Assembly (NCBI RefSeq): GCF_006345805.1
Contig: NC_043004.1
Location: 31,310,001-31,374,000 of the forward strand
Length of the DNA stretch: 64,000 nt
Direction of reading: 5' to 3'
Source: Octopus sinensis
Taxonomy: Eukaryota
In this document: positions 39,037-52,230 of the stretch, piece by piece
Position numbering within the stretch: the first letter of the stretch is position 1
Layout of the letters: every line of letters starts with the position of its first letter
The notes under the pieces: model-generated
Database searches by the model: none
Told to the model about the DNA's origin: nothing
The model's input: the letters and a program-made list of their open reading frames with translations, nothing else
Made by a program: the position numbers and the translations under genes

Positions 39037-39893
39037 CAGGGTCGATGAGTAAATTGTAGTCCTTCTATATTTCTAATTTCACACATGTACATTGTTTGTT
39101 TTTGATTTTGTCAATTACACAGTATAGTAGGGTCAGTTGGGCACCATCTATGAGAAAAACGCCACCATGATGCAATTCACTCTGCTTGGCATTCATGCCA
39201 GAAGCTCTAGTACGAACATTTCAGAGTGTTTAGGTGTCAATCTGAGGACAGTGCAGTCTGAGGGCATATACCAAGAGTGATAAAAATCAAACATCCAGTC
39301 AATATCATTGTGTTTGGAATGATCACTAGTGATGGTGATGTTATGTCTTTATTCATCTTCCCACATGGCTTCAGACTCAACATGGAGACCTACATCAAGT
39401 ACATGGAGGAGGTAGTGTTTCCCTGGGCCAAGAGGGTGGCTACTGGAAGACCCTATGTCTGACAACAGGACTCTGCACCATGCCACACAAGCAGGAGAAT
39501 CCAGTTATGGCTGTCAGATAATTTCTGCAATTACATCACCCCTAACATCTAGCCGCCTAACTCCCCAGACTGCAATCTCTTTGATTATTATGTGTGGGGT
39601 GCAGTTGAGCGAGAGACCAACAAAACTCCTTGAAACTCCAAAGATGAACTGAAGGCAAGGATTATTGCATCATTCACCAACTTAAACAAGGAGACCATCC
39701 TAAAGAACTGCAGGAGATTTTGAAGTCATCTGGGGGCTGTGGTTGAGGCCAATGGCGATTTTATTGAATAAATTTACTCTTTAGTATTTCAAGATATTTT
39801 TATGTAATTTTGGTAAATATATCTGTTAAAATGAGATGTCGGTGTTATTTTCATTTTTGCATAATTTAGATGAAATTTATTCACTGCACCCTG
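39037..39893 (+). mobile_element. Internally deleted Tc1/mariner-superfamily DNA transposon, DD37D (maT)-like
   Basis: Imperfect TIRs cagggtcgatgagtaaatt / aatttattcactgcaccctg; translation KHPVNIIVFGMITSDGDVM..., QQDSAPCHTS, PPNSPDCNLFDYYVW. Confidence 0.85.
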
Positions 39894-40127
39894 TGTGTTT
39901 ATGTAAACATATATATATATACATACATATCAATATGAACAATGGCTTTTCTATCCATTGCTTTTTCCAAATGTCCTCGAGAAACGATCATAAACCCAAA
40001 ATATAGAAATACAAGGAAAAACTGCAACTTTGTCTTGTTTTGTTTTCCTTTTTCTTTGGTAGTTTACTTTGTAGTTTCTCACATTGTTCCAGCCTTACTC
40101 AACAAATTTCTTTAATATATATATAAA

Positions 40128-40450
40128 AGACCTCCTTCAGTCATAAATGACCATGGGATTGCACCTAGAAAGTTACCCTCCTAGACACAAGTCCGGGCAA
40201 GGTTGTTTATGGAAGACCAGCAGTCGCCCATGCATACCAGCCTCCCCTCTCCACGCCACCAGTGTTATCCAAGGGAAAGACAAAGGTCGATACAGCTTGG
40301 CACCTGTGACGTCGCAACTCATTTCTACAGCTGGGTGAACTGGAGCAACGTGAAATAAAGTGCCTTGCTCAAGAACACAACACGCAGCCCGGTCCGGGAT
40401 TCAAGCTCACAACTTCACGATCGTAAGCTCGACGCTCTAACCACTGACCC
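40128..40450 (-). mobile_element. tRNA-derived SINE family B
   Basis: Reverse complement matches 9947-10267. Confidence 0.9.
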
Positions 40451-42239
40451 ATATATATATATATATATATTGCCAGATCAGACTGGGCCTGGTGCAGCCT
40501 TCTGGCTTCCCAGACCCCAGTTGAACCGTCCAACCCATGCTAGCATGGAAAGCGGGCGCTAAATGGTGATGATGATGATGATGATGATATATACACACAT
40601 GCATGTTTTTAGGTGTCTGTAGCTTTGTTTGTCCCACACCACCACTTGACAATTGTGTTGGTTTCTTAATGTTTCTGTAACTTAGTTGTTTGGAAAAAGA
40701 GACTGGTAAAATAAGTACCAGGTTTAAAAAAATAAGTGCTGTGGTCAATTTGTTTAATTAAACCTGTCAAGGTGTGGCCTCAGTATGGCTGTTGTCTAAT
40801 GACTGAAACAACTAAAAGAAGAAAGATGAAAAACTAGTCCACCTTCTACAGTTTTTGAACTACACATAAGGTTTAAAAGTAGTTCTTATAATTTGTAATG
40901 TGATAATTTAAAAAATAAATTAATGGTTTAGTCAAAGATGGAAAAGCAACACTCATGAACCTTTTCAATGCTTCTGACACTGGTTGGAGAAAGGTTAAAC
41001 TCAATACTCAGATCTGAGATCTTGACCAAGTGTTTGCATCAGAACAACTCTGTTGTAGGAACTAAAGAGTCAGATCATCATCACCATCATCATCAACATT
41101 TATTAGCTGTTTTCCATGCTGGCATGGTTTGGATGGCTTGACAGGAACCAGCAAGGTCAGAGACTACACCAGGTTCCATAGTCTGTTTTGGATGCCCAAC
41201 CTAACACTAACCACTTTATAGAGTGTACCGAGTGCTTTTTATGTGGCACCAGGACCCACATCAATGCTTTTAAAGTAGCACCTTGGTTTTAGGATCTCAA
41301 TTTTATTGTGGTAGGCAAGTCTTCTTGAGTACAGCAATGTGCCACATATCTTGGTCCTCTGTCATCTCCTTTGTAAGATTCAGCCTTCGGTGGTGATAAA
41401 TTGGATGATGCATTATGTCTGCCAGTAAACAGAGTCATATATGTGTGCTCACCATGAAATATTTTCAGATGAGAGGCTAAATATCATTAACTGGAAACCA
41501 AAAATGAACCCCAGACAGTTTTGATAACAAGCTAGCACTACAAACTATAAATTTACTGCTAGCATCTATTTACTTCCTTGAAGCTCATGGAAAAATGTCA
41601 GGTCAACACTAGAAAGTAACTTCATCTTCCTTATACATACTATTCCCTGCTTGCTGACATCAACATATTGTGCCACTGTGTGATACCCATGTACCATACA
41701 GTATGGTTCATTGCCCTAATTTCTTTTTCAGCTGTTCTCATTGTCAAGTAAGTTGTGTGTTTTGAAAATAAACAATACAAAAATTTGTCTGAATTTCCAA
41801 ATACTTTATTTACCTGCTTTGCTGAGTTTACATATATGTGCACCCAATAAATTAATTTTGTGACAATAGCACAGGGGATAATGAATCATGTATGTCATGA
41901 ATATTTGTCAATTGACACTACTACTGAGGGCTGTAAATAAAAAAGTTTAACAAGTTGGGAGGTTACATGCAGAGAAAAAAATGACTGACCCATACCAATC
42001 TTGAAATAAGCTAGCTTTTAAATAACTGTTGGCTCAGAAGGTTCTAGAATCCACTTGGCAGGAAAACTTGGAGACTTCCCGTAAAGTTAGCCAATGCATA
42101 TTCACATAAGCATTACTACCTCTAATGGCAACTCCTTACCCTTTATATTAGGAAATATATTAGGTCATGATTTCAGAGTGGGGAAAATCTGAGTGCTAAG
42201 GTTCAAACCTCAGTTAGGTTTACACTACAGGACCTATTT

Positions 42240-42425
42240 TTTTTCTCTCCTTGTTTCTCTCCTTGTTTTTTTCTGTGTATCTTTCTGTCGAAGAGCATAG
42301 GCTCGAAACGTAAAAGACTTTTTCTATTTCTATTCCTGAGCGCTATACAAATAATCTATTTTCACAACATTTGTTTGTTTGTACTCCACCTGCCTTCGTC
42401 TTTTGTTTATTTTCGTAAACCTTCC
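42240..42425 (+). mobile_element. Penelope-like terminal remnant with minimal hammerhead motif (42280-42317)
   Basis: TCTTT-CTGTCGA-a-GAGC-atag-GCTC-GAAAC-GTA-AAAGA. Confidence 0.7.
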
Positions 42426-43941
42426 TATTTCATAGCTAGGTGTATTAAACCAGGACAGCTAGCTAAATAGTTTTTTATCATTATTAATGACAAAATATAA
42501 ACAATACAGTGTTGTGCTAATACTCCTTTAACTTCCATTGTTAACTCTCTTACACTCACACACAAATCAATGGTGCTGATGTTACACTAGTTATATTTTT
42601 AGAACATAGATGAGTTGAATCCATAACTTAATGAAACTGCTGTGAAATATTTCATAATTTATATCATTAACATCTTTAGTGACACAGTGACAATAATGTC
42701 ATAAATATGTATCAGCAATTACAATAATAATTACATCCATAATTATAAGTAGCATTATATGTGTGCTAAATGCAATGAAAACTTGTTCAAAATTGATCAA
42801 AGTGTTTAATATGAACAAAACTAAAACAAATAATCAGACATTTTTACAATATTTTATCACTTGTTTTGTATATGAAACAGTTAACTTTTTGTTTTCCTTG
42901 CATAACTGTTCACAAGTAGTTACATACTTGAGAGAGAGAGAAGGAAAGAGAGAGGGATTGCGTGTGTATTTATGAGTGTGTGTGTGTGTGTGGTGTGTGT
43001 GTGCGTGTGTGTGCGTGTGTGTGTGTGTGTGTGTGTATCTATTTGTATGTGCATGTACATGTGTGTGTGTATTTTATATTTAGTTATTTATTTCTCCATA
43101 CTGCTGTCAATTAGAGAATTTTGAAAATGTTAAAACTTTCAGTGAATTGTATTTTGATCATTTTAGCAAGTATGGGAAACAACTCAAGACATGTTTTATG
43201 CTTATTAAGACCTCTTCATAACAGCCATCAACTAGTGATGGGAGAACCTCTAAGTAATTACACTCTATGAATAGATACGAAAATAGGGTATTTATAAATA
43301 CATCATTGAGATTAAAAATTACTCAGAAGTGCCATCTGCATAATAAACAATAGATGATAATGATTAATATTGCAAACCTAAAGACCCCAACAACAATGTT
43401 CTACCTTCTCATCTACTAAAAGTCAACAAATATTACTTTAAAAGCATTGTATTAAAACTTACTACAGTACCAACACACCCAGTTTTGGAATAAATAAATA
43501 TAAAGTGTTATATCACATATATATAATAATGGAGTGAAGGCACATGGCTTAGTGGTTAGGGTATTTGGCTCACAATCATAAGATCATGAGTTCAATCCCC
43601 GATGATGTGTTGTGTCCTTGAGATAGACACCTTATTTAGTTACTTCAGTCCACTCAGCTGGCAAAAATGGGTAGCACCTGTATTTTGAAAGGGACAGCCT
43701 TGTCACAGTCTGTGTCATGCTGAATCTCCCTGAGATCTACATTAAGGGTACATGTATCCACACATACACACACACACTCCACTACCATCTAATTCCAAAA
43801 CTTTCCACTGTTTTTTGATGTTTTTTTCTTCATTTTGGGTTTTAAAATACAGGCAGTCTAATTCTGCCATTCATTTCTCATTATAATTTCCAAATAATTT
43901 TTTAGATACTTCAAAGTCAAAATTGTTAAGTGTTTGCATAA

Positions 43942-44086
43942 GAGAAAATCATTTACTAATAGAAAATTATGTTATTAAAATAAATCATCTCTAACATACC
44001 TTTAAATTGTTGTGAGAAAATCATTTACTAACAGAGAATTATGTTGTGAAAATAGGTTATTTGTAACATACCTTTAAATTATTGTG
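43942..44086. repeat. Two-copy 72-bp tandem duplication
   Basis: gagaaaatcatttactaa starts at 43942 and 44014. Confidence 0.85.
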
Positions 44087-45059
44087 GATAAAGTATTAAA
44101 ACTCAAAAACTTGCCCACGAAGTGTACAATCCAAACTTCAATTTGATTGTGATCTTCTCGCTAGGGATCACTCTTGTTTCTAAAAACAGGGGTCTGTTTC
44201 ATTGGAAATAAAGAGAGCATGCGTATTGTGTCATTCTTCCAATTTTCCCAGCAAAGGAAGTTTTGCATACTTGCAATATATGACAACATGGCAAAGAAGG
44301 GTCTCACTCATGTATATTTATTCTACCAACACTGGAGACATGCAAAACATAGTTTACCCAGAACTATTGTTGGTGCTTTTAGATATGATCTCACAAGTCC
44401 AAAGACTGCTTCATGCTCCAATGTCTGCTTTCACATGGTTTCTACAGCTGGATGACCTTCCTGATGTCATACTCTTCCTAACAACATGTATGTGTGTGTG
44501 TGTGCCACTTGCTCGCAATACTACCATGGCCACCTTTTCTTCTTCCTGTCATTTCTATAAAAGTACCTTGGTCTTTTGCACAGTTTCTCAAACACAAAAG
44601 TCCTGGCTATAACATACCACCATGCTAGACAAACAGCAATGATCAGATAAGTTGATTTTTTTCCTTAATGTTTGCATCATTCTATTCATTCACAACTTGT
44701 ATTTCTACCCTGTTTGAACTAACCTGTCTTAATTTAATTTAATATAATTAATTCAAGTTTGCCTCATATTTTGTTTTCCCCTTTTCAACAATACTGTCTC
44801 TGTCCATGAAAATATTTATATCTCATATCCCTGCTTTCATTAATTACTGCCTCTGTTCTGAAAATGTGCATATTTCATCTCATCAATCTGTTCTTTTCAG
44901 GACAATTTTATTTTGTTCCATGCGGACGTTAAACGATGATGATGATAATGATGATGATAGGTTGTTTTTTGGCTGGTTGAAAATCTATATATTTTGTCTT
45001 TCTTGTGAAGTTGTTTGATCCTTTCTCATGTTGCCATGTGGCTTCACTTGCTCGCAATG

Positions 45060-46870
45060 TGCTCACCTATTCCTGCTCCCACCACCTATACCAGAAACCT
45101 CTCTTCTCCACCAGAAACTTCCAACACCTCACACATCACAAATTTGAAATCTGTGTAAGGGACACAACAAAAGTGTGGACAACTAAACGTATCCCTATCT
45201 CTATTTCTAACAAATACTCTATCCACATAAGATCTGCGTGCACTGTCGTTATTACTCCACATCCACTGTGGGATGAGCAGCTCATCCAGTCTGTAACGGT
45301 CTACTAGATTATAGCTCTCTAGCAGACTCTTGATTCTAGGATTTCCCTTCCTATTGGTCAAGCCAACACTATCCACCCATGCATCGAGAATAGTGTTAAA
45401 GTCTCCTAATAAAACTATCATTTTTCTTGTCACTAAAAAGTGCTCCAAGTCTTGAAAAAAACCAGTCTGTCTACTCTCATTGGGAGCACAGACAGCTACC
45501 AACCTGAAGGACTGTTTACTAGCATGAGACAAATCCAGGATGACCACATCCAGGTAAGACTGTACTTACCTGTACATCCAAGTTCTTCCTGAATAAGACC
45601 ACCATGCCCCCTCCTCCTCGTCAGCTAGGAGAAATAAATTTCTCATAGCCATTGTTTTTGGTCCGTTCATCTTAGACTCAGTTACAATGCACATATCTAT
45701 ATCTTGTGACCTGATGTCATCCAGGAGACAAGCTTGTTTCCATTTTGACCCCAGTTCATACTCCCTAACTTAATCATCATGGTAAAAAATGGAAAAAAGA
45801 AGAACTTACAGTAGGAGTTTGGGGAGGGGCTGCACAAATTTGGCTACCTCCCCATCCTTTTCTTTCATTGGTGTAGCCGCTGAGCTTATTAGTAATTTTT
45901 TCTCTGCCATTTCAGAGCTGACGTCCTTGATATCTTCTGGATACCTTTCCTTCAACTCCAAAAATAGGCCTGTGTCCATTTTAGCAAGTCTAATGTTCGG
46001 GGGCGTGTCTTTTGTTATTTTAAAAACTCGTGCCTTATGATGCACCCTTATGACTGTGTTGTACACAGTGTTCTTTTCGAAGAGGGAAACAATTTTTTCT
46101 TGGGTTTTGGGGAGGAGTTTGGTGAAAGGTTTCACTGTGGGGTTGGTTTGGGGAATTTTGTTTTGTGTGTTGCTGTGTGTTTTATGGATTTTTTTGTTTG
46201 GCGAGGTGAGTCTCGGACTTGGACTTTGTTTCTTTTGTGTGACACTGTAGTAAATTCCATTTAGTCATTTTTCTGGTTTTTTTCTTTTGCACTCTCTACG
46301 GTTACACCCTCTCTTGTTTGTGCTGCATTGTCTTGCTTTTCACTTTTTCCTTTGACCACTTTCGTAGCCTTTTGGGAAGGGTTTCATTGATTTTTTTTTT
46401 CTCACACTTCGAGTAAATGTGGCCCTTTTCGCCACATCTGAGGTAATGGGGCCCACGTCCCTCAACAGCTATTCTCATTGTTAGCCCCATCCCCTACAAA
46501 CACCCTATCGGGCAATTTTTCTAGAATTTTATTTGATGCTTACACAACCATCCCTAGGGTCTGGCCTTTCCAGTTGATGGCTTCATGCTTTTTCAATTGC
46601 AAAATCGTTGAAGATGACAACCACTGCTACCCACATAGCCTCGTAACCGGCCAGAATCTCATCCACAGTAATTTTGGCTATTCTGCAACCGAGGTATGTG
46701 GGAAGCAGAATTATTTCTTCATTTCGTAAGGTTTTTGTGGAGATTTCCTTTGCTATGTTGGCCATTTTGAATTGCGCTTCTACCGTTGAGCTTCTTGTCC
46801 TACAGCCACGAAGGTTCTTTTTTTTTCTTTGTGGTGAACTAAAGTAAGGTGTATCTTGCACCATGCCCAC
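45060..46870 (-). mobile_element. L1/Tx1-clade LINE, 5' half: ORF1 with a decayed CCHC knuckle plus the APE endonuclease of ORF2; RT missing
   Basis: ORF1 HYLRCGEKGHIYSKC; APE motifs FRLVAVCAPN, IVLLGDFN, NLVDRYR, RSYVDRVFV, YTDFKFV. Confidence 0.85.
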
Positions 46871-47416
46871 AGCAGACTATACTCTCAATAACAATATGCA
46901 GAAATTTTTTTTTATACTAGGCACAAGGCCGTTTGTTGTTTTTACTTCCTTTACAAAACATGGTAATACAGTGATAAACTCTACTATGTTGCTGTAAAGT
47001 ATAGAAATTGAAAACAAGCAAAGATCTAACGTTTTAAAAATTAGTCCAGCCTTCAACTGTATCAGGTATCAGGAATGGATACGAAAATATTCTCTCAAGT
47101 TTTTAAACAGACAAGTAATATAAATAAGAGATAAAAAGAAAATTAGCTGGCTTATAACAGCTGCCCTCAAAGTATACACAATCCAGGGACAAATTATAAG
47201 TGGGGTTAAAAGAAAAAGTTCAAGTCAGGTCATATAATTCATCCATGAGAGTCCGTTGTTCAGTAGCTGTTGGCTTTACTTACCAATCGAACATTGTTCA
47301 TTATTTAATCGCACCTGTCACCACACATCTTTTTTCGTGTTATTCTTTCACTGTCTTTTTTTTTTCTTAAATAAATTTGGTTTCTGAAATCTCATCATGT
47401 CAGTTTATTTTGTTCT

Positions 47417-47658
47417 TCAATCTCATTTGAAAGTATAAACAGTCTTGGCTCCTTCTTTCCAGGCCGAATAGACAAACAACGCTAGGATAATGTGAACATT
47501 GAAAATGGAAATAATGGCTGCATAGAAATAGGAATTGCTGTTGGAGATTTTGAAGATATTCTCTAAGATAAGCCATTTACTGAGGAAATAGCTGAGAATC
47601 AGCAATGTTTCCATACTGGGGACAAACATCTTTCTATGACATCATTATTTGCGTCCAT
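47417..47658 (-). pseudogene. VMA21: VMA21 (V-ATPase assembly factor)-like intronless, disrupted copy; probable processed pseudogene
   Basis: SNSNSYFYAAIISIFNVHIILALFVYSAWKEG aligns with human VMA21 SNRDSYFYAAIVAVVAVHVVLALFVYVAWNEG (recalled). Frameshift after MDANNDVIE, apparent ~11-codon deletion in the first TM helix, and TGA two codons before a second TGA (K*D*). Confidence 0.8.
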
Positions 47659-47734
47659 AATTCGTTTCTCTTTTAAATTGTAAATTTTGTAGAGTCAGCT
47701 CATCTTACTGATTCCCTTCATGCCTCCAACACTT

Positions 47735-48680
47735 CAACAACCTAATCTTTTGAGAGACTTGAATGCTTAGTCAATGTCAGACTCTCTCCAACATCCCACG
47801 ACCAGGCTGCATTGTCCAAGCGATTTGGAGGTCTTGGTCGTCATAAGTGTTCATTCCCCTCTCCCCCCTGCTTCCTTTCCTCCACTTACACCTGCTCCAC
47901 CCTCTCCTCTCCAACATGAACCAGTTCCAACAGGGAATTGCATGAAGCTTTCCAACACTGGAAGGAATAGGGCTTGTCTGTTCCTGGGAAGGAGAAGGAC
48001 TGTCAGAGTCAGAGAGCTTGGAACATTATTTCAAAGGCTACCTTCAACTCTCTCTTCATCCAGTCAGACCAGTTTTCAAAGTGCTACTTGGTCTGCTAGC
48101 ACCAAATACTCAGGTGAGTGGATTGATGCCATCCCAGTGGCTAATGTTGGTGACCTACTCAGCTTGGACAAACTTCATGATTCTATTGCCCTCAGAGTGG
48201 GAGTTGACGTATGCACAGGTTTGATCTGTCATTGAGGAAGGCTCCTCAATTCCACTGGCCTCCATGGTCTTTCCTGCCACCTGAATGCTGATCATTTATG
48301 TCATATGGAGTTGAACTTAATACTCAAGAGGAGCTTGGCCCAGGCAAACATCCACTCCATCTAGGAACCATCTGGACTGTCCAGATCGCAAGGCAGATGC
48401 TTTGTCTGGGATGTCACAGTTGGCGACTCCTTTGCTTCTTCTCACATCCTGGATGCTGCAGTCAGAGCAAGATCCACAGAATAAAATCCTGAAATACCAT
48501 AATCTGTCAGCCAACTACATTTTCCATCCTGTGGCGTTCAAGATGTTCGGCGGGGTAGGACCACTACCTGCAAGATTCCTGTCTTCACCGGCATCTTCCC
48601 TTGCAGAAGTAACTGGTGAGGCTTGTGAGGGCACTTGGCAACGCTGCATGCTGACGTGCCCCAATAGCCATTAAAGAGGT
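47735..48680 (+). mobile_element. CRE-like REL-endonuclease non-LTR retrotransposon, 3' fragment
   Basis: QAALSKRFGGLG, SGEWIDAIPVANVG, zinc-knuckle remnant (CH.G...GLHGLSC), FVWDVTVGD, KYHNLSANYIFHPVAFKMFGGVGP, (G)NAAC. Confidence 0.75.
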
Positions 48681-49592
48681 TTCGCAACGCCCCCCAACTT
48701 TTCCACCCAAGATGGTGAACTTTGGTTTGTTTTTTTTCTTTTTCTTTTAATTTTTTCAATTGTGCTCTCTGTTTTGTTCAGTTTTCTAATTTAATTTTGT
48801 AAAACGGTAAACACTGTAAAGACAATAAACTTAACATTAACTAAGGAACAAATAATTAACTTAATGGAACAACTGAATCCTGATCGTCGAACGACAGAGA
48901 TCCGCCACCACTACCTTCACCATTTAGGACTTCATTATCTAACGTGTCCTTAGTTTTATAAAACAATAGTGTGTAATATGAGAGATTTGCCAGTTAATTC
49001 TAGCAAGGGGGAACGACCAGCTAAGTATCCATCTCATCGGTCAGAGATTAATTTGACTAAAATTAATCTGTGAAAAGTGAAAGAGAGAGAGAGAGAGAAA
49101 AGGAGCGGGAAGGAAAGACAGTCTGTCAAACTAAGTTAATTCCCCTTAGTTACAACTGTTCCAGGAATTGTGCCGGTCTCAAAAAACAATACATTACTCA
49201 TTTTAATATGTTCCGTTCGTTCTTCTAATTTAATATTTATATAATTATATATAACTACATAATCCCAAGTATCTACCTAACAGCCTTTCTTACACAATGG
49301 ATAAATTAAAGCGTACTTTAAGTGGTGATGATACCGATGAAGAGCATGGAATCGTAACACAGGTTCGTCTCACATCAAACTTAATTGACTTATAATTGTT
49401 TGTCACCTGAAATATTTCGTTTTCAATCTAATATACACGTCATGCTTTTCTTTTTAACTTCCTTCTACATATTGTTTACTAAAATATTACCTACTTATAA
49501 ACTGTGTGTCCCTTAGAAATCATGGCAGATAAATAATCGACACTAAACACATGGTCCATTCATATGGAGTTAATAAATCTTAATGTAAGAAG

Positions 49593-49667
<75 letters not shown>

Positions 49668-51137
49668 TATATATATGTATATATACCGACAGCAAAAGAT
49701 TAATTAGACCAAAGCTTATTATTAGCATATAAAATGTTAGAATTACTTTAAAAGTCTGCCTGTCTGTTTGCATTAGTTACAATGTCTTAAATGTATTTGA
49801 TGGTTATTCAGTGCCAGTTAGTATGAAAATAATATAAATAAAAACATGTAGTAATAAGGACTGGACCGTATGAACTTTAGAAATCAGTTCGATATCTTGA
49901 CATCAAATTTTTAATTTAGTTTTCATTTCAACGAAAATAGATCCAGTGGTTTATGAAACAGTGAAGGAAAATCCATTTATTTTAGTCATATTTCTATAAT
50001 CACCTAAAAGTTTTATCTATATATATATATGAAATTATTCATGTAATCTTACACCTTAAATTCATTTCTTTTAAGAAATTATTTTCCCTGATACTTTCTC
50101 AAATCTCTCAAACCAAACTTTATATAAAAGAAAGAAAAAAATATGAGTGCAATAAATATTTTGATAATTTATATGCGTGTTACTAGATTCTGTATTTTAT
50201 TTAAGTTTATGTCCTGTGTACAAATGTTGGATTGTTTTTAACGGGCAATGGTTTGGTGTTGGGATCCTCCCACACTAAATACAGGCAACACAACTAGAAT
50301 TTAAAATACAAATTAATATGTATATTTGTAATTAGCAATCATAACTGTTTGTATTGTGTTTATTTAAGTTACATTTGGTAATACTCTAAAAAATCAGAAT
50401 ACATCTGTGTCCAAAAAAAAGCGGCTCGTGTCATCGAGAGTAAACCTGTGTCGTCACTCGATCTCTTAGAAACAAAAGCTAAATTCCACTTAAATCACAT
50501 CTTACTGTCTTTAAAAAAGAAGTAGACGCTATGATCCTAGACACTCTGTTAATAAAATATATATGTTGTTTACTTTATCTTCAACTGCTACGTGGAAACA
50601 AAACTTTGTCAACCTTCCATTTGTCAGATTTGCTTTTACGTTTTCTCACGTTTAACAAACAAAACATCAGACCCGTTATATATTTGTTTATGGTGATGAT
50701 ACTAGGTTCCTAATTATTGTTCATCAAAAAGAAAGAAATGATAACCTGTATTCATTAATTAAAATCCTTTTTAATATCTCACTTGTTGCATTTTGTCTGT
50801 GGTGCTTCACGTTTGACAATGGTGTCCTGACAAACAGGATTCCTCAATTTTAGACTATCACAAACCTCTCTTCAATGAACTTACATTATTTTACCAAATT
50901 ATTGTTATGGTTATTTTATATAACAATAGATATAATGTTACTATTGTTTTCATGTTTTATATCCCGCTTCCCCATCTATTCTACTTTAATCTCTATTATG
51001 TCGGTATTCTTTCGCCTTCACAATTCAAACAAACTACGTCTATTTAAGGAGGCGGGTCTCTTAAAGTTTCTCATTTAAACCCGGAATTTATTTGTAAATA
51101 TAGTCGTTTCAAATTCACTTATTTGAATTATCTGTAT

Positions 51138-51173
<36 letters not shown>

Positions 51174-51789
51174 ATAATTGGTACTTTTTAATCATTAATG
51201 ATTTTCTGGGCGAGTTTGGCGATATTTTTTCTATACTAGTTAAACGTATTAATTTTATGCATCAAAAGTTTTTCCTTAACTCTTCATAACTCTTTTATAC
51301 TATAAATTTATAGCTGTTTAATTCTGCTTTTGTGGTCATTTAAGGTTTTACCAATCAATTTACACAAAAACTCGGAAGTTATAATTATGATGCTGGTGAG
51401 CTTTTAATCCTGTTCAATACGTTGAATTAGCAGGAAGGATTTAAGTATTTGACCATCACTTTTCATCAAGTATAGGGAAAGCTCTTATGAAAATTTATTC
51501 ACTTTTTAAAATTAATTTCATGTATGAGTAACTCTTTCAAGGATGCCTTTATGTAGATATTCGAGTTACAGAAATCGCACTCAAATATTCCCAAATCACA
51601 TCCTGCCAGCTAGTTATCATACAAAGACGGCAAAACACATAAGAGACTGTAGTCCTAGATACACTTTATCTGTAGGGGGGGGGGCAGAATAATGACGAGA
51701 ATTCCTTTAATCGCAATTCTGCTCAGTTCGAGCTGGCCTGGGGATTAAACAACAACAATTTTCGCTTATGATATTCATTTTTATGTTTA

Positions 51790-52230
51790 TTTTGGCGTAA
51801 CTTCGGTATGCGTACCGGAAGTACCGGATACATTTCAAGAAAGTGTTTTTTTATATATATAAATGGGGGGTTAGGGTTAAGAGTGGGAGAAAAGGGTTTC
51901 TGTTATCTTCATAAATGTAAACAGAGCCACTTCCGGTATTTACGGTACGTATACCAAAGGATTACCTTTATCTTATATTTATTCAATCTTTTAACAATGG
52001 GATTGTTAGTTGTTGCAGGTATTTGAAGCAATCGCTGGTTCTCGACATCTTTGGCAGCAATATTGACAAGGGACTTTGTTCGTAAAGCACCGGCTTTTCG
52101 GGGTTTCGCGCTGATGTTTACATCCTTCGTCGAAAAATATGCATACTTGTTTATTTGAGGGACTTCTTTCTGCTCACTTTCCGACTGCCGAAAAGACACA
52201 CGGGATAATGTAGTGTTGGATGTTCTGTTA
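51790..52230. promoter_or_regulatory. CpG-enriched promoter-like patch with two ETS-type sites in opposite orientation
   Basis: ACCGGAAGT at 51814-51822, ACTTCCGGT at 51929-51937, E2F-like TTTTGGCG near 51790; many CpGs in an otherwise CpG-poor window. Confidence 0.45.

Noticed and set aside
49330-49370. Another hammerhead-like motif (ccgatgaagagcatggaatcgtaac)
   Set aside because: Stem II and GAAA are both broken; not distinguishable from chance.
51909-52221. Minus-strand 96-aa ORF / 261-nt exon (MSFRQSESEQKEV...)
   Set aside because: GTG start, no recognisable homology; the open frame is explicable by local GC/CpG enrichment.
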